NCBI GenBank assembly: GCA_964362175.1 | Contig: CAYIDD010000002.1 | Coordinates: 45,939-109,938 of the forward strand | Reading direction: 5' to 3' | Source: an uncultured Candidatus Saccharibacteria bacterium | GTDB taxonomy: Bacteria > Patescibacteriota > Minisyncoccia > Phycocordibacterales > UBA2100 | Length of the DNA: 64,000 nucleotides | Shown: positions 27,319-36,383 of the stretch, piece by piece | How the letters are laid out: every line of letters starts with the position of its first letter | Position numbering within the stretch: the stretch's first letter is position 1 | Notes under the pieces: model-generated | Database searches by the model: none | Seen by the model: the letters and a program-made list of their open reading frames with translations, nothing else | Told to the model about the DNA's origin: nothing | Program-made: the position numbers and the translations under genes

Positions 27319-27566
27319 TTTTCTCCGAAAAAGTCCGCGCGATCATCAGCAAGATTCCCAAAGGGAAATCAATGACGTACAAGGAAGTTGCCGCAAAGGC
27401 GGGAAATCCAAAAGCGGCGCGGGCGGTGGGTGCCATCATGCGCTCCAATTACAACCGTGATATCCCGTGCCATCGTGTCGTGCGCTCCGACGGCTCGCTT
27501 GGAAGCTACAACAGGGGTGGTACTGTCCGGAAAAGAGAACTTCTGAAAATGGAAGGCGCCTTATAA
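27315..27566 (+). CDS. Mini MGMT/Ogt-family methylated-DNA--protein-cysteine methyltransferase DNA-binding domain protein (83 aa)
   Basis: IPCHRVV active-site motif. Its ATG overlaps the stop of the upstream nuclease gene as ATGA. Confidence 0.75.
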   Translation: MIFSEKVRAIISKIPKGKSMTYKEVAAKAGNPKAARAVGAIMRSNYNRDIPCHRVVRSDGSLGSYNRGGTVRKRELLKMEGAL

Positions 27567-27630
27567 AAAGTTCAGCCCCCGCGAACGCCGCGGAGACTGA
27601 AGTCGTTGGCCGGTTGTCCGGCGAATGGAA

Positions 27631-28113
27631 TCACCTTCGGGGAAGCTCGAGGGCAATGAAACTGTCGCCCTTCTCGTTCCTTCCCATGCGGTAGGGTTTC
27701 CACCCACGGTCACACATCATGCGCATCCCGCTGAGGTTTTCGCCTGTTGCAATCACGCGACCGGGGCGATTTGAGACCCACTCCAGTCGGTGGACATAGA
27801 GCCGCTCCCAGATACCACGTCTGCGGTACTTGGGGTCGACCACTGCGAGCGCGAAATACATCGCGTCGCGGTCTTGACCGTCGGGGCTTGAGTGGTGGTC
27901 AGTGATGCATGCCGCGCCGACGAGTTTGTTGCCGACGAACGCGCCGAAGGCAACGAGGGCGTGCGGGATTTCTTCCATCCCACGTTTTGGGTATGGATCC
28001 TGCGGGGTTCCCCAGGATACGTTATCCAAGAGCCATGCCCACCTTGCGATTGCCGCTGCATCCCGCCTGCTCTTCGGATCAATCTGCCGAATCACGACTT
28101 TCTCGATCTTCAT
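27631..28113 (-). CDS. GNAT-family N-acetyltransferase
   Basis: 160 aa from the ATG at 28113. Contains a KYRRRGIWERLY motif-A-like segment. Confidence 0.6.
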   Translation of the reverse strand: MKIEKVVIRQIDPKSRRDAAAIARWAWLLDNVSWGTPQDPYPKRGMEEIPHALVAFGAFVGNKLVGAACITDHHSSPDGQDRDAMYFALAVVDPKYRRRGIWERLYVHRLEWVSNRPGRVIATGENLSGMRMMCDRGWKPYRMGRNEKGDSFIALELPRR

Positions 28114-28202
28114 GACACTCCCGTCATTGATAGTGGAATATTCCCTGCAACCGGCTGATTCCGGAACAGGACTGTGGCGCAATATGTGGTAATATCCGAC
28201 TC

Positions 28203-29378
28203 ATGTCAAACGAGCAAACCGTTGGTCAGTTCGCCAAAGCTCATCCGGAAATACGGACACCGTACTATCTCATAGACGAATCACTACTTCTGAAGAATCT
28301 TGAAAAGATCAAATACGTACGCGAAAAAAGTGGTGCGAGGTCGGTTATGGCACTCAAATGTTTCTCGACATGGTCAGTCTTCCCGCTCATGAGCAAATAC
28401 ATGGACGGGACCACGTCGAGTGCGCTTTATGAGGCACGACTCGGGCATGAGAAATTCGGAGGGGAGACACAGGCGTACAGTGTGGCGTGGTCGCAGAAAG
28501 ATATCGATGAAGTAAAAACATTCGCCGACAAGATCATATTCAACTCCATTTCGCAGCTGGACCGTTTCTACGACGAGGTGTCCTCCGGAGGAGGATCCGC
28601 CTCCGGCGGAAAAGGCATGAACATCGGCTTGCGGGCCAATCCCGGTATCAGTTACTCCCACTTCGATCTCGCTGATCCCGCTCGCAAGGCAAGCCGACTC
28701 GGTGTGAGAGACATCGCCGCAGTCGAAAAAGTTGCCGACAAAATACGGGGCCTGATGTTCCACGTAAACTGCGAGAACACGGATTTCGATGCTTTCTCGA
28801 AGATAGTCGACCAGATAGGTGAGAAGTACGGGTCGCTTCTCAAAAAAATGGAATGGGTGAGCCTCGGAGGCGGTATAGCGTTTACAAATGAAGGATACCC
28901 GCTCGACAAATTTTGCGAACGACTGAAAAAATTTGCGAACGACTACGACGTGCAGGTATATCTCGAGCCGGGTGAAGCTTCGGTCCTCGGTTCGGGTTTC
29001 TTGGTGACGCAAGTTCTTGATGTTGTGAAGAACGAGGCCGACATCGCCATTATCAATGCTGCCGTCGAGACTCACATGCTCGACAATCTCGTCTATCATG
29101 AAGATGCAACGCTCGCCAACCCCCAAAAGGGTCCCCACCGCTTCATGGTCGCCGGTAACACGTGTCTCGCGGGCGACGTATGGGGGACCTATGACTTGCC
29201 CGAACCGTTGAAGGTCGGTGATTATGTCGTGTTCGACAATGCGGCGCGCTATACAATGGTCAAGATGAGCTGGTTCAACGGTGTGCAGATGCCGAGTATC
29301 GTCGTGAAGCGGCTCGATGGAAAAGTTGACGTGGTGCGGGAATTTACATACGATGACTTCCGTAAAAGCCTGTCGTAA
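28203..29378 (+). CDS. nspC: Carboxynorspermidine/carboxyspermidine decarboxylase
   Basis: N-terminus TPYYLIDESLLLKNLEKIKYV...ALKCFSTWSVF; PLP-dependent fold III decarboxylase, 391 aa. Confidence 0.8.
   Translation: MSNEQTVGQFAKAHPEIRTPYYLIDESLLLKNLEKIKYVREKSGARSVMALKCFSTWSVFPLMSKYMDGTTSSALYEARLGHEKFGGETQAYSVAWSQKDIDEVKTFADKIIFNSISQLDRFYDEVSSGGGSASGGKGMNIGLRANPGISYSHFDLADPARKASRLGVRDIAAVEKVADKIRGLMFHVNCENTDFDAFSKIVDQIGEKYGSLLKKMEWVSLGGGIAFTNEGYPLDKFCERLKKFANDYDVQVYLEPGEASVLGSGFLVTQVLDVVKNEADIAIINAAVETHMLDNLVYHEDATLANPQKGPHRFMVAGNTCLAGDVWGTYDLPEPLKVGDYVVFDNAARYTMVKMSWFNGVQMPSIVVKRLDGKVDVVREFTYDDFRKSLS
28581..28615 (+). repeat. Palindromic mini-element copy 2, in-frame in nspC (encodes SSGGGSASGGKG)
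   Basis: TCCTCC-gga-GGAGGA-TCCGCC-tcc-GGCGGA-AAAGG, two tandem perfect 6-bp hairpins. Confidence 0.7.
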
Positions 29379-29392
29379 TCCTGACATCAGAA

Positions 29393-30757
29393 ATGAAGCC
29401 AAATGTTCGACTGAGCGTTGAGCGAAGAAGTACTGAGGCCAGCAGGCCGAATGTACTGATCGTGGGTGCCGGAGCCGTGGCCCACGTAGCGGCTCACAAA
29501 GCCGCGCAGAACAATGATGTTCTAGGGGATATTTGCATCGCGACACGCAAACGCGCTAAAGCGGACAAAATAATCGAAAGCATCAAGCGTAAAAAGAGCA
29601 TCAAGGATAAAAAGGGAAGGATATATTCCCGTGAAGTGGATGCGATGAATATTCCGGCGATGGTGAAGCTCATCAAAGACACCAATTCATCAATTGTCAT
29701 CAATCTTGGTACCGCGTACATCAATATGTCGGTCTTGGAGGCGTGCATCCGCGTCAGATCTGTCGGCGGTTGTCCGGTGACCTATATGGATACCGCCATC
29801 CACGAGGACCCGACCAAAGTCGCCGAGGATCCGCCATGGTATGCGAATTACGAGTGGAAAAAGCGCGCCGCATGCAAAAAGGCAGGCATCAACGCCATTC
29901 TCGGCGTCGGATTCGATCCGGGTGTCGTGAACGCCTATGCCGCGCTTGCGGTGAAGCATTACCTCGACAAAATAGACAGCATCGATATTCTGGACGTAAA
30001 CGCTGGCACGCACGGCCGGTACTTCGCGACCAACTTCGATCCCGAGATCAACTTCCGCGAGTTCAAGAAAGTGTGGACGTGGATAAACCGCAAGTGGGTG
30101 GAGCGCCCCGTGCACAGTGAACGATGGGATTACACTTTTCCGGTTGTAGGCTCACGCCCCGTCTACCTCAACGGCCACGACGAGCTACACTCGCTCTCAA
30201 AAAACATCAAAGCAAAAAGTATTCGCTTCTGGATGGGCTTCGGCGACCATTACCTCAATGTTTTCGGAGTTCTCCGCAATCTAGGGCTTCTTTCGGAAAA
30301 GCCAGTCATAACAGCCGAGGGGGTGAAGGTGGTACCGCTCAAGCTCCTCAAAGCGGTGTTGCCGGACCCCGCATCACTCGCGAAGACCTACACGGGATAC
30401 ACCTGCATCGCCGATCTCGTAAAGGGGTGGTATGACGGCAAGTGGCGCGAAGTGCTCATCTGGAACAACTGCGACCATGCGAAGTGCTACAAGGAAGTTG
30501 AGTCACAGGCTATCTCATACACCGCTGGCGTGCCGCCCATCGCGGCTGCAATGCTCGTGGCAAAGGGGATCTGGAACCCAAAAACTATGGTCAACGTCGA
30601 GGAATTGGACCCCGACCCGTTCTTGAAACTTCTGGGAAAGATAGGGTTGCCGACAAAAGTGAAAGACATCACTCCAAAGAACGGCAAACCAAGTAAGGAC
30701 GGCATGCCCGCCTCGGCTGCCAAATCCAACAGCATCAAGACACACTACGTGTGGTAA
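29393..30757 (+). CDS. Carboxynorspermidine synthase/dehydrogenase (saccharopine dehydrogenase family)
   Basis: Rossmann VLIVGAGAVAHVAAHK. Saccharopine-dehydrogenase-like C-terminal region. Adjacent to nspC. Confidence 0.75.
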   Translation: MKPNVRLSVERRSTEASRPNVLIVGAGAVAHVAAHKAAQNNDVLGDICIATRKRAKADKIIESIKRKKSIKDKKGRIYSREVDAMNIPAMVKLIKDTNSSIVINLGTAYINMSVLEACIRVRSVGGCPVTYMDTAIHEDPTKVAEDPPWYANYEWKKRAACKKAGINAILGVGFDPGVVNAYAALAVKHYLDKIDSIDILDVNAGTHGRYFATNFDPEINFREFKKVWTWINRKWVERPVHSERWDYTFPVVGSRPVYLNGHDELHSLSKNIKAKSIRFWMGFGDHYLNVFGVLRNLGLLSEKPVITAEGVKVVPLKLLKAVLPDPASLAKTYTGYTCIADLVKGWYDGKWREVLIWNNCDHAKCYKEVESQAISYTAGVPPIAAAMLVAKGIWNPKTMVNVEELDPDPFLKLLGKIGLPTKVKDITPKNGKPSKDGMPASAAKSNSIKTHYVW

Positions 30758-30760
30758 TCC

Positions 30761-31450
30761 ATGAATAATGAAGCACGGGAGGCGGATGTGAAAATAGAGT
30801 CTTCGTGGAAAGCAGTGCTCAAAGATGAGTTTGGACAAGATTACTTCAAGGCGCTCACAGAATTCGTCAGAGGCGAATATCAACACACTATCGTCTATCC
30901 GCCGCCGAAAAGTATTTTTCGCGCGTTCGAGCTTTGCCCGTTCGATAAAGTAGAGGTCGTCATTCTCGGCCAAGACCCGTACCACGGCGCTCACCAAGCC
31001 AACGGCCTCTGCTTCGCCGTAAGCGAAGGTGTGCCCCTGCCGCCGTCGCTGCAGAATATTTTTAAGGAGATAGCGGGCGATTTGGGACAAAAATTGGTCC
31101 ACAAAACAGGGGATTTGGAGCGCTGGGCCAAACAAGGAGTCCTGCTTCTCAACGCCACACTCACAGTGCGTGCGCGCACGGCGGGTTCGCACCAAGGGAA
31201 GGGATGGGAGGAATTCACCGACGCGGTCATCCGCAAACTTTCCGAAGAGCGTGAGGATCTTGTCTTCATCCTCTGGGGCAACTACGCCAAATCCAAAGGC
31301 GCGCACATCGACCGCGCCAAGCATCGTGTCATCGAATCTGCCCACCCCTCACCCTTTTCAGCATCAAACGGCTTCTTCGGCTCAAAACCTTTCAGCAAAA
31401 CCAACGACTATCTGGTGGAGCACAACAAAAAACCGATTGAGTGGCTATAG
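30761..31450 (+). CDS. ung: Uracil-DNA glycosylase, family 1
   Basis: GQDPYHG water-activating motif and HPSPFS leucine-loop motif. Confidence 0.9.
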   Translation: MNNEAREADVKIESSWKAVLKDEFGQDYFKALTEFVRGEYQHTIVYPPPKSIFRAFELCPFDKVEVVILGQDPYHGAHQANGLCFAVSEGVPLPPSLQNIFKEIAGDLGQKLVHKTGDLERWAKQGVLLLNATLTVRARTAGSHQGKGWEEFTDAVIRKLSEEREDLVFILWGNYAKSKGAHIDRAKHRVIESAHPSPFSASNGFFGSKPFSKTNDYLVEHNKKPIEWL

Positions 31451-31474
31451 GGCAAAATAAGTTAGAATGAAGGC

Positions 31475-31870
31475 GTGATTGCACTAGAACCAACACCAAG
31501 GCCCGAACTATCACTTGAGGAGGCAGTGCAGAGTGCACTATCCAGAAGTGGCATCGGTGATACTTCGAATAATTTTAATGGTGTCAGAATGTCACTGGAG
31601 ATTCCAGAATTCTGGTCGAAAATTAAACCTGTCAGGACGTATGAGGAGTACATTCGGAACAAATACGAACGCCGACCGGATATTGCAGATAGGGTCCTTA
31701 AAGAATCTGACAAGGTGTTTGTTGCTAACTACGATGTGGCGGTCGCTAAGATCAACGATGCTATTGGAACAGGAGTAGGCAACGAGGAACAAGCTCAGAA
31801 AGTGCAATTGTTCTGTGAGGAGGCTCGAAAAGTCGTGGTGGATTTTTGCGGAACAATCGAACGCAATTAG
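31475..31870 (+). CDS. Hypothetical protein (131 aa) in a locally low-GC segment
   Basis: No recognisable domain. Local GC is visibly lower than the flanks. Confidence 0.4.
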   Translation: MIALEPTPRPELSLEEAVQSALSRSGIGDTSNNFNGVRMSLEIPEFWSKIKPVRTYEEYIRNKYERRPDIADRVLKESDKVFVANYDVAVAKINDAIGTGVGNEEQAQKVQLFCEEARKVVVDFCGTIERN

Positions 31871-31878
31871 CAGAGATT

Positions 31879-33159
31879 TTACACACGCAAAGACGAAAGC
31901 AGCTTGTCTTTGTGCAAATGCGGGCCGATGATGGCGAGGTTGAGGGCGTTGGTCTTTAGGATGTCCTGCGCCACGCGTTGAATATCGTCGACTGTTACTT
32001 TGTCGATGTGTTTGATGACTTCCTCTAGGGGACGGACCCTTCCGAGCGTGATCAGGGAAGTTGCGGCGTTCTGGGCTATCTCGTCGCTCGTTTCGAGCGA
32101 AAGGGTAAGGGTTCCCTTGATGTAAGACTTGGCCTTCTCAAGCTCGGTCGCGGATATTTTCGTCCGCTTTATCTTTTTGAACTCCGTGAGAATAGTCTCG
32201 ATGGTTTTCTCAAGTTTTGAGTGTTCCACGCCAGCCTGCACGACGAAATATCCAACATCTGGATATTTGTCGGCCCATGCATGCACGGAATAAGCGAGCC
32301 CGCGCTTCTCGCGCACTTCGAGGAAGAGCCTGCTGCTCATGCCGCCGCCGAGTATCGTCGTGAGGACCGCTAAGGCGTATTCGTCTTTGTGCTCGTACGG
32401 GTAGGCGGGCACGCCGAGCATGAGTTGCGTCTGGTCGGTCTTTTTCTCTTTTATGGAGACGCGCGGTGCGCTCTGCGAACCGGAAAAGGGGAGGAAACTG
32501 GGGGCGGGGGCAGGTTTGAGGCGGCCGAATTCCTTTTTTACTTTCGCGAGCACTTTGACGGATGAGAACGAGCCTGCGATGCAGACGACCGTATTGGCGG
32601 GTACGTAGTTACGTTTCAAATACGTCGCGAAGTCTCTGCGTGAGAATGCGCGGATATTCTCTTTCGGCCCTAATATCGTGCGGCCGAGCGCGTGCTCACC
32701 GAAAATGAGTGCATCAAAGACGTTGTCTACTATGCGCATCGGCATGTCCTCGTACATGTCGATCTCTTGGATGATGGCGCCGCGCTCTTTTGTGATTTCT
32801 TTTTGCGGCAACATTGAATTGAGAAAGATGTCGCTGATGACATCGAGTGCGGTATCGAGGTAGCGCGCGCTTACCTTGGCATAATAGGCAGTTCTGTCTT
32901 TCGAAGTGAATGCGTTGTAGATGCTGCCCGTCGCGTCGAGCTCTTCGCTGATGGCGCGCGCGGTGGGGCGTTTTTTGGTGCCCTTGAAGAACATATGTTC
33001 GAGAAAGTGTGCAAGGCCGTTTTCTTGCATATTTTCGTAGCGCGAGCCAGTGCCCGACATCACCACCACGGTGGCGGTGGTCGTGTCCGGCATAGGAGAA
33101 AGGACGACGCGAAGACCATTCTTCAGAGTGTGGATGTCGTATTTCATTTCGCTGAGCAT
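31879..33159 (-). CDS. M16-family zinc metallopeptidase (insulinase-like)
   Basis: HFLEHMFFKGT (HxxEH) zinc-binding motif. About 426 aa from the ATG at 33159. Confidence 0.8.
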   Translation of the reverse strand: MLSEMKYDIHTLKNGLRVVLSPMPDTTTATVVVMSGTGSRYENMQENGLAHFLEHMFFKGTKKRPTARAISEELDATGSIYNAFTSKDRTAYYAKVSARYLDTALDVISDIFLNSMLPQKEITKERGAIIQEIDMYEDMPMRIVDNVFDALIFGEHALGRTILGPKENIRAFSRRDFATYLKRNYVPANTVVCIAGSFSSVKVLAKVKKEFGRLKPAPAPSFLPFSGSQSAPRVSIKEKKTDQTQLMLGVPAYPYEHKDEYALAVLTTILGGGMSSRLFLEVREKRGLAYSVHAWADKYPDVGYFVVQAGVEHSKLEKTIETILTEFKKIKRTKISATELEKAKSYIKGTLTLSLETSDEIAQNAATSLITLGRVRPLEEVIKHIDKVTVDDIQRVAQDILKTNALNLAIIGPHLHKDKLLSSLRV

Positions 33160-33211
33160 AGTACCTTTCGCTCTGTTGCACAAACGACTGAGACACGATA
33201 CGTTTACTCAA

Positions 33212-35134
33212 ATGACGATAAATGAAATTCGCACGAAGTATCTTGAATTCTTCGAGGCTCGCGGGCACACCATTATTCCCTCGGCGCCCATCGTGCCGCA
33301 GAACGACCCGACGACACTTTTCACCGGAAGCGGTATGCAACCGCTCGTACCCTATCTTCTGGGCCAGCCGCATCCGAAGGGGAGTCGCCTCGTGAACAGC
33401 CAAAAAAGCTTTCGTGCCGAAGACATTGAGGAAGTGGGGGATAATCGGCACACGACATTTTTTGAGATGCTCGGCAACTGGTCGCTTGGTGATTATTTCA
33501 AAAAGGAACAGTTGCTGTGGTTCTTCGAATTTTTGACCGAAGAGATAGGGCTCGATCCGAAAAAACTGTACGTGACTGCTTTCATCGGCGACGAAAAAAA
33601 TAACGTTCCGCGCGATACGGAATCTGCGGAGATATGGACGAAACTTTTTGCGAGTAAGGGAATTGACGCAAAAGTCGTTGCCATCGGCTCTGAGGCAGAC
33701 GGATATCGCTTAGGTATGCAGGGCGGCCGTGTATTCTTCTACGACGCGAAGAAAAATTGGTGGAGCAGGGCCGGAGTGCCGGAAAATATGCCCGCGGGAG
33801 AGCCCGGCGGACCCGATTCGGAGGTGTTTTATGATTTTGGCACGCCGCACGACCCGAAATTCGGCATCGAGTGCCATCCCAACTGTGACTGCGGGCGCTT
33901 TCTGGAAATAGGGAACTCAGTTTTCATGCAGTATCTCAAGCAACCCGATGCTTCATTTGGACTGCTTCCCAAACGAAACGTGGATTTCGGCGGCGGGCTC
34001 GAGCGCATAGCTGCTGCGGCAGCAGGAGACCCTGACGTGTTCGCCATCGATGTATTTGCCGAAACGATAGGCCTTCTTGTGCACTTCTCCGAAAAAAATT
34101 ATGAAGACAGTCGATACAAGCGCTCGTTCCGCATCGTTGCCGACCACATGCGTGCGGCCACCTTTATGCTCAGTGCCGGCGTGCGTCCTTCGAACACGGA
34201 GCGTGGCTATGTGCTGCGCCGATTGCTCCGCCGCGCGGCGCAGCACGCGCAAAAGCTCGGCGTCGAGCACGGGGAGGGCAGGGAAAGTATGCTCGTGAAA
34301 TGCGCCATGAATTTTATCGAAAAATACAAGCAGGCGTATTCCGAGTTGGAAAGTGAGGAGGCGTACCAGCAGATCACCGATGAGATCTGGAAAGAGGAGA
34401 AGCAATTCGCGCACACACTTGAAAGCGGCATGAAGGAATTCGAAAAAGTCGCGCGGACAGGCCACATCTCGGGCGCTGCGGCATCGACGCTGTTCACCAC
34501 GCACGGATTCCCGTTCGAAATGACGACAGAACTTGCGAAAGAGCGCGGTATCGATGTCGACGAGGAGGGCTTCAGGGCGGAGATGAAAAAGCACCAGCAA
34601 CTCTCGCGGGCTGGAAGCGAGCAGAAATTCAAAGGAGGACTTGCGGATACGTCCGAAAAAACAACCCGCTTGCACACGGCGCACCACCTTCTGCTCAAAG
34701 CGCTGCAGATGGTGCTGGGTCCTGCGGTAAAGCAGCGCGGCAGCAACATCACGCAAGAGCGCCTGCGTATCGACTTCTCTTACGGAGCCAAGACGACGCC
34801 TGAGCAGATAAAAGAAGTCGAGCGGATAGTGAACGAAAAGATCAACGAAGCGATACCGATGACCCGTTCGACACTGCCCAAAAACGAGGCGGAAAAACTC
34901 GGCGCCGAGCACGAATTCGGCGCAAAATATCCCGACATGGTCTCTGTCTACTCATTGGGCCCCAAGGGAGCAACGCAAGAAGATCCCCAATTCGACAAAG
35001 CGTTCTCAATAGAATTCTGCGGCGGGCCTCACGTTCTGAATACGCGTGAAATAGGGGAGAGTGGCGTCTTCAAAATCAAAAAAGAAGAAGCGGTTGCCGC
35101 GGGGATCCGTCGCATCAAGGCGGTGTTGGAATAA
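33212..35134 (+). CDS. alaS: Alanine--tRNA ligase, short form lacking the C-Ala domain
   Basis: N-terminus MTINEIRTKYLEFFEARGH, class II core, editing domain (HTAHHLL...CGGPHV). Ends right after the editing domain at about 640 aa. Confidence 0.85.
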   Translation: MTINEIRTKYLEFFEARGHTIIPSAPIVPQNDPTTLFTGSGMQPLVPYLLGQPHPKGSRLVNSQKSFRAEDIEEVGDNRHTTFFEMLGNWSLGDYFKKEQLLWFFEFLTEEIGLDPKKLYVTAFIGDEKNNVPRDTESAEIWTKLFASKGIDAKVVAIGSEADGYRLGMQGGRVFFYDAKKNWWSRAGVPENMPAGEPGGPDSEVFYDFGTPHDPKFGIECHPNCDCGRFLEIGNSVFMQYLKQPDASFGLLPKRNVDFGGGLERIAAAAAGDPDVFAIDVFAETIGLLVHFSEKNYEDSRYKRSFRIVADHMRAATFMLSAGVRPSNTERGYVLRRLLRRAAQHAQKLGVEHGEGRESMLVKCAMNFIEKYKQAYSELESEEAYQQITDEIWKEEKQFAHTLESGMKEFEKVARTGHISGAAASTLFTTHGFPFEMTTELAKERGIDVDEEGFRAEMKKHQQLSRAGSEQKFKGGLADTSEKTTRLHTAHHLLLKALQMVLGPAVKQRGSNITQERLRIDFSYGAKTTPEQIKEVERIVNEKINEAIPMTRSTLPKNEAEKLGAEHEFGAKYPDMVSVYSLGPKGATQEDPQFDKAFSIEFCGGPHVLNTREIGESGVFKIKKEEAVAAGIRRIKAVLE

Positions 35135-35195
35135 TTACTCACACATAACTCGGGAGTGCGCCTCTATGTACCCGTAGGCACGATATACTGACGAA

Positions 35196-36362
35196 ATGTT
35201 CGGAACACATCTCGGGCGCGGGCGCGGGAAGATAGTCGCTGTCGCCGATATTGGAAGCGGAAGCGCGGGTGTCGCAATACTCGGCATTCATCCCGGCGAG
35301 CCGGTATCGGTCCTTGCTGCCGAACGCGCCATCCTTTCCATGGAGGATCGTGGGGAAGAGGCAACAACGACGGGGGTCGCCGATCAACTCGTAAAAGCGG
35401 GAGAAGCCGTCAGAAAAAAATTCACTAATCTGGGCAAGGATGCACATCCCATACATGAACTCTACGTCATCATACGGGCGCCGTGGAGCCATTCCGAGAC
35501 GAAACGTGTCTCGACGACATTCAAAGAGCAAATCACGGTTACCGATCATATGATCGGCGAGCTTGCCGAGCGAGCGCTCGCCGAGGTGAGGGAGCTCGAT
35601 CGTGGGAACTTTCTGGAAGCCAAGGTGATACGGGTCGAGCTCAACGGGTACTCGTGTGCGAAACCCGTGGGCAAGCACGCAACGGAGATCTCGGCATTTG
35701 TGCTGATAAGCGGTTGGCACTCGACCATCCGCGCCAAAATAGAGGCGTCTTTGCAAAAGGTGTTTCCCCACCTTTCCCCCGCATTCCGCTCTTCAGTATG
35801 GGCGGCGATCGCGGTGTTGCGGGAGGGAATGTCGCAAGAATATGATTATCTCATCGTCGACATGTCGAGCGAGGGGACAGCATTCGTGGCGATCCGCGAT
35901 GGTGTCGCCACCGAACACATGCTTATTCAGGAGGGGGTGCGCACCATACTGAAACGTGTCTCCGGATCGGGAATGCCTGAAGAGGCTCTGAACCTCATCC
36001 GCATGCTTTCGTCGGATCAATGCTCGAGCGCCGCGTGCGAGGCTACCCGCGAGTCGCTCGCTCGTGCGGAGCCGGAACTTGTACGGGTCTTCGGGGAAGC
36101 GCTCGGCACATGCGCATCGGAACAACGATTACCAAACACGCTCATTCTATTCGTTCATCCCGATGTTGCCACGTGGCTTTCGCGTTTCTTTTCACGTATC
36201 GACTTTTCGCAATTCACGAAAACGGCGCAACCGTTCCAGGTGAGGATCGTCGGCACTACTGACCTTTCGACATGGGTGGCACCGTCGGGCGGCATGGTAT
36301 TGGATCCGGGACTCGCGCTTGGAAGCGCACTTGTCAACATCGAGAAGCGGAGGGGGCAATGA
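35196..36362 (+). CDS. Actin-like (ASKHA-superfamily) ATPase, FtsA/PilM/Ppx-like
   Basis: Phosphate-1 VAVADIGSGSAGVAILGI and phosphate-2 LIVDMSSEGTAFVAI motifs, 388 aa. Exact family unresolved. Confidence 0.5.
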   Translation: MFGTHLGRGRGKIVAVADIGSGSAGVAILGIHPGEPVSVLAAERAILSMEDRGEEATTTGVADQLVKAGEAVRKKFTNLGKDAHPIHELYVIIRAPWSHSETKRVSTTFKEQITVTDHMIGELAERALAEVRELDRGNFLEAKVIRVELNGYSCAKPVGKHATEISAFVLISGWHSTIRAKIEASLQKVFPHLSPAFRSSVWAAIAVLREGMSQEYDYLIVDMSSEGTAFVAIRDGVATEHMLIQEGVRTILKRVSGSGMPEEALNLIRMLSSDQCSSAACEATRESLARAEPELVRVFGEALGTCASEQRLPNTLILFVHPDVATWLSRFFSRIDFSQFTKTAQPFQVRIVGTTDLSTWVAPSGGMVLDPGLALGSALVNIEKRRGQ

Positions 36363-36383
36363 GGTTTGGTATACTGAGTCGCT

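Noticed and set aside
28374-29546. 390-aa minus-strand ORF
   Set aside because: Antisense to the well-supported nspC. No motifs.
30515-31345. 276-aa minus-strand ORF
   Set aside because: Antisense to the CANSDH and ung genes.
33953-34912. 319-aa minus-strand ORF
   Set aside because: Antisense to alaS. Arg/Leu-rich, typical of a high-GC antisense frame.
35139-35771. 210-aa minus-strand ORF overlapping the actin-like ATPase start
   Set aside because: Antisense with no motifs. The plus-strand gene has ASKHA signatures.
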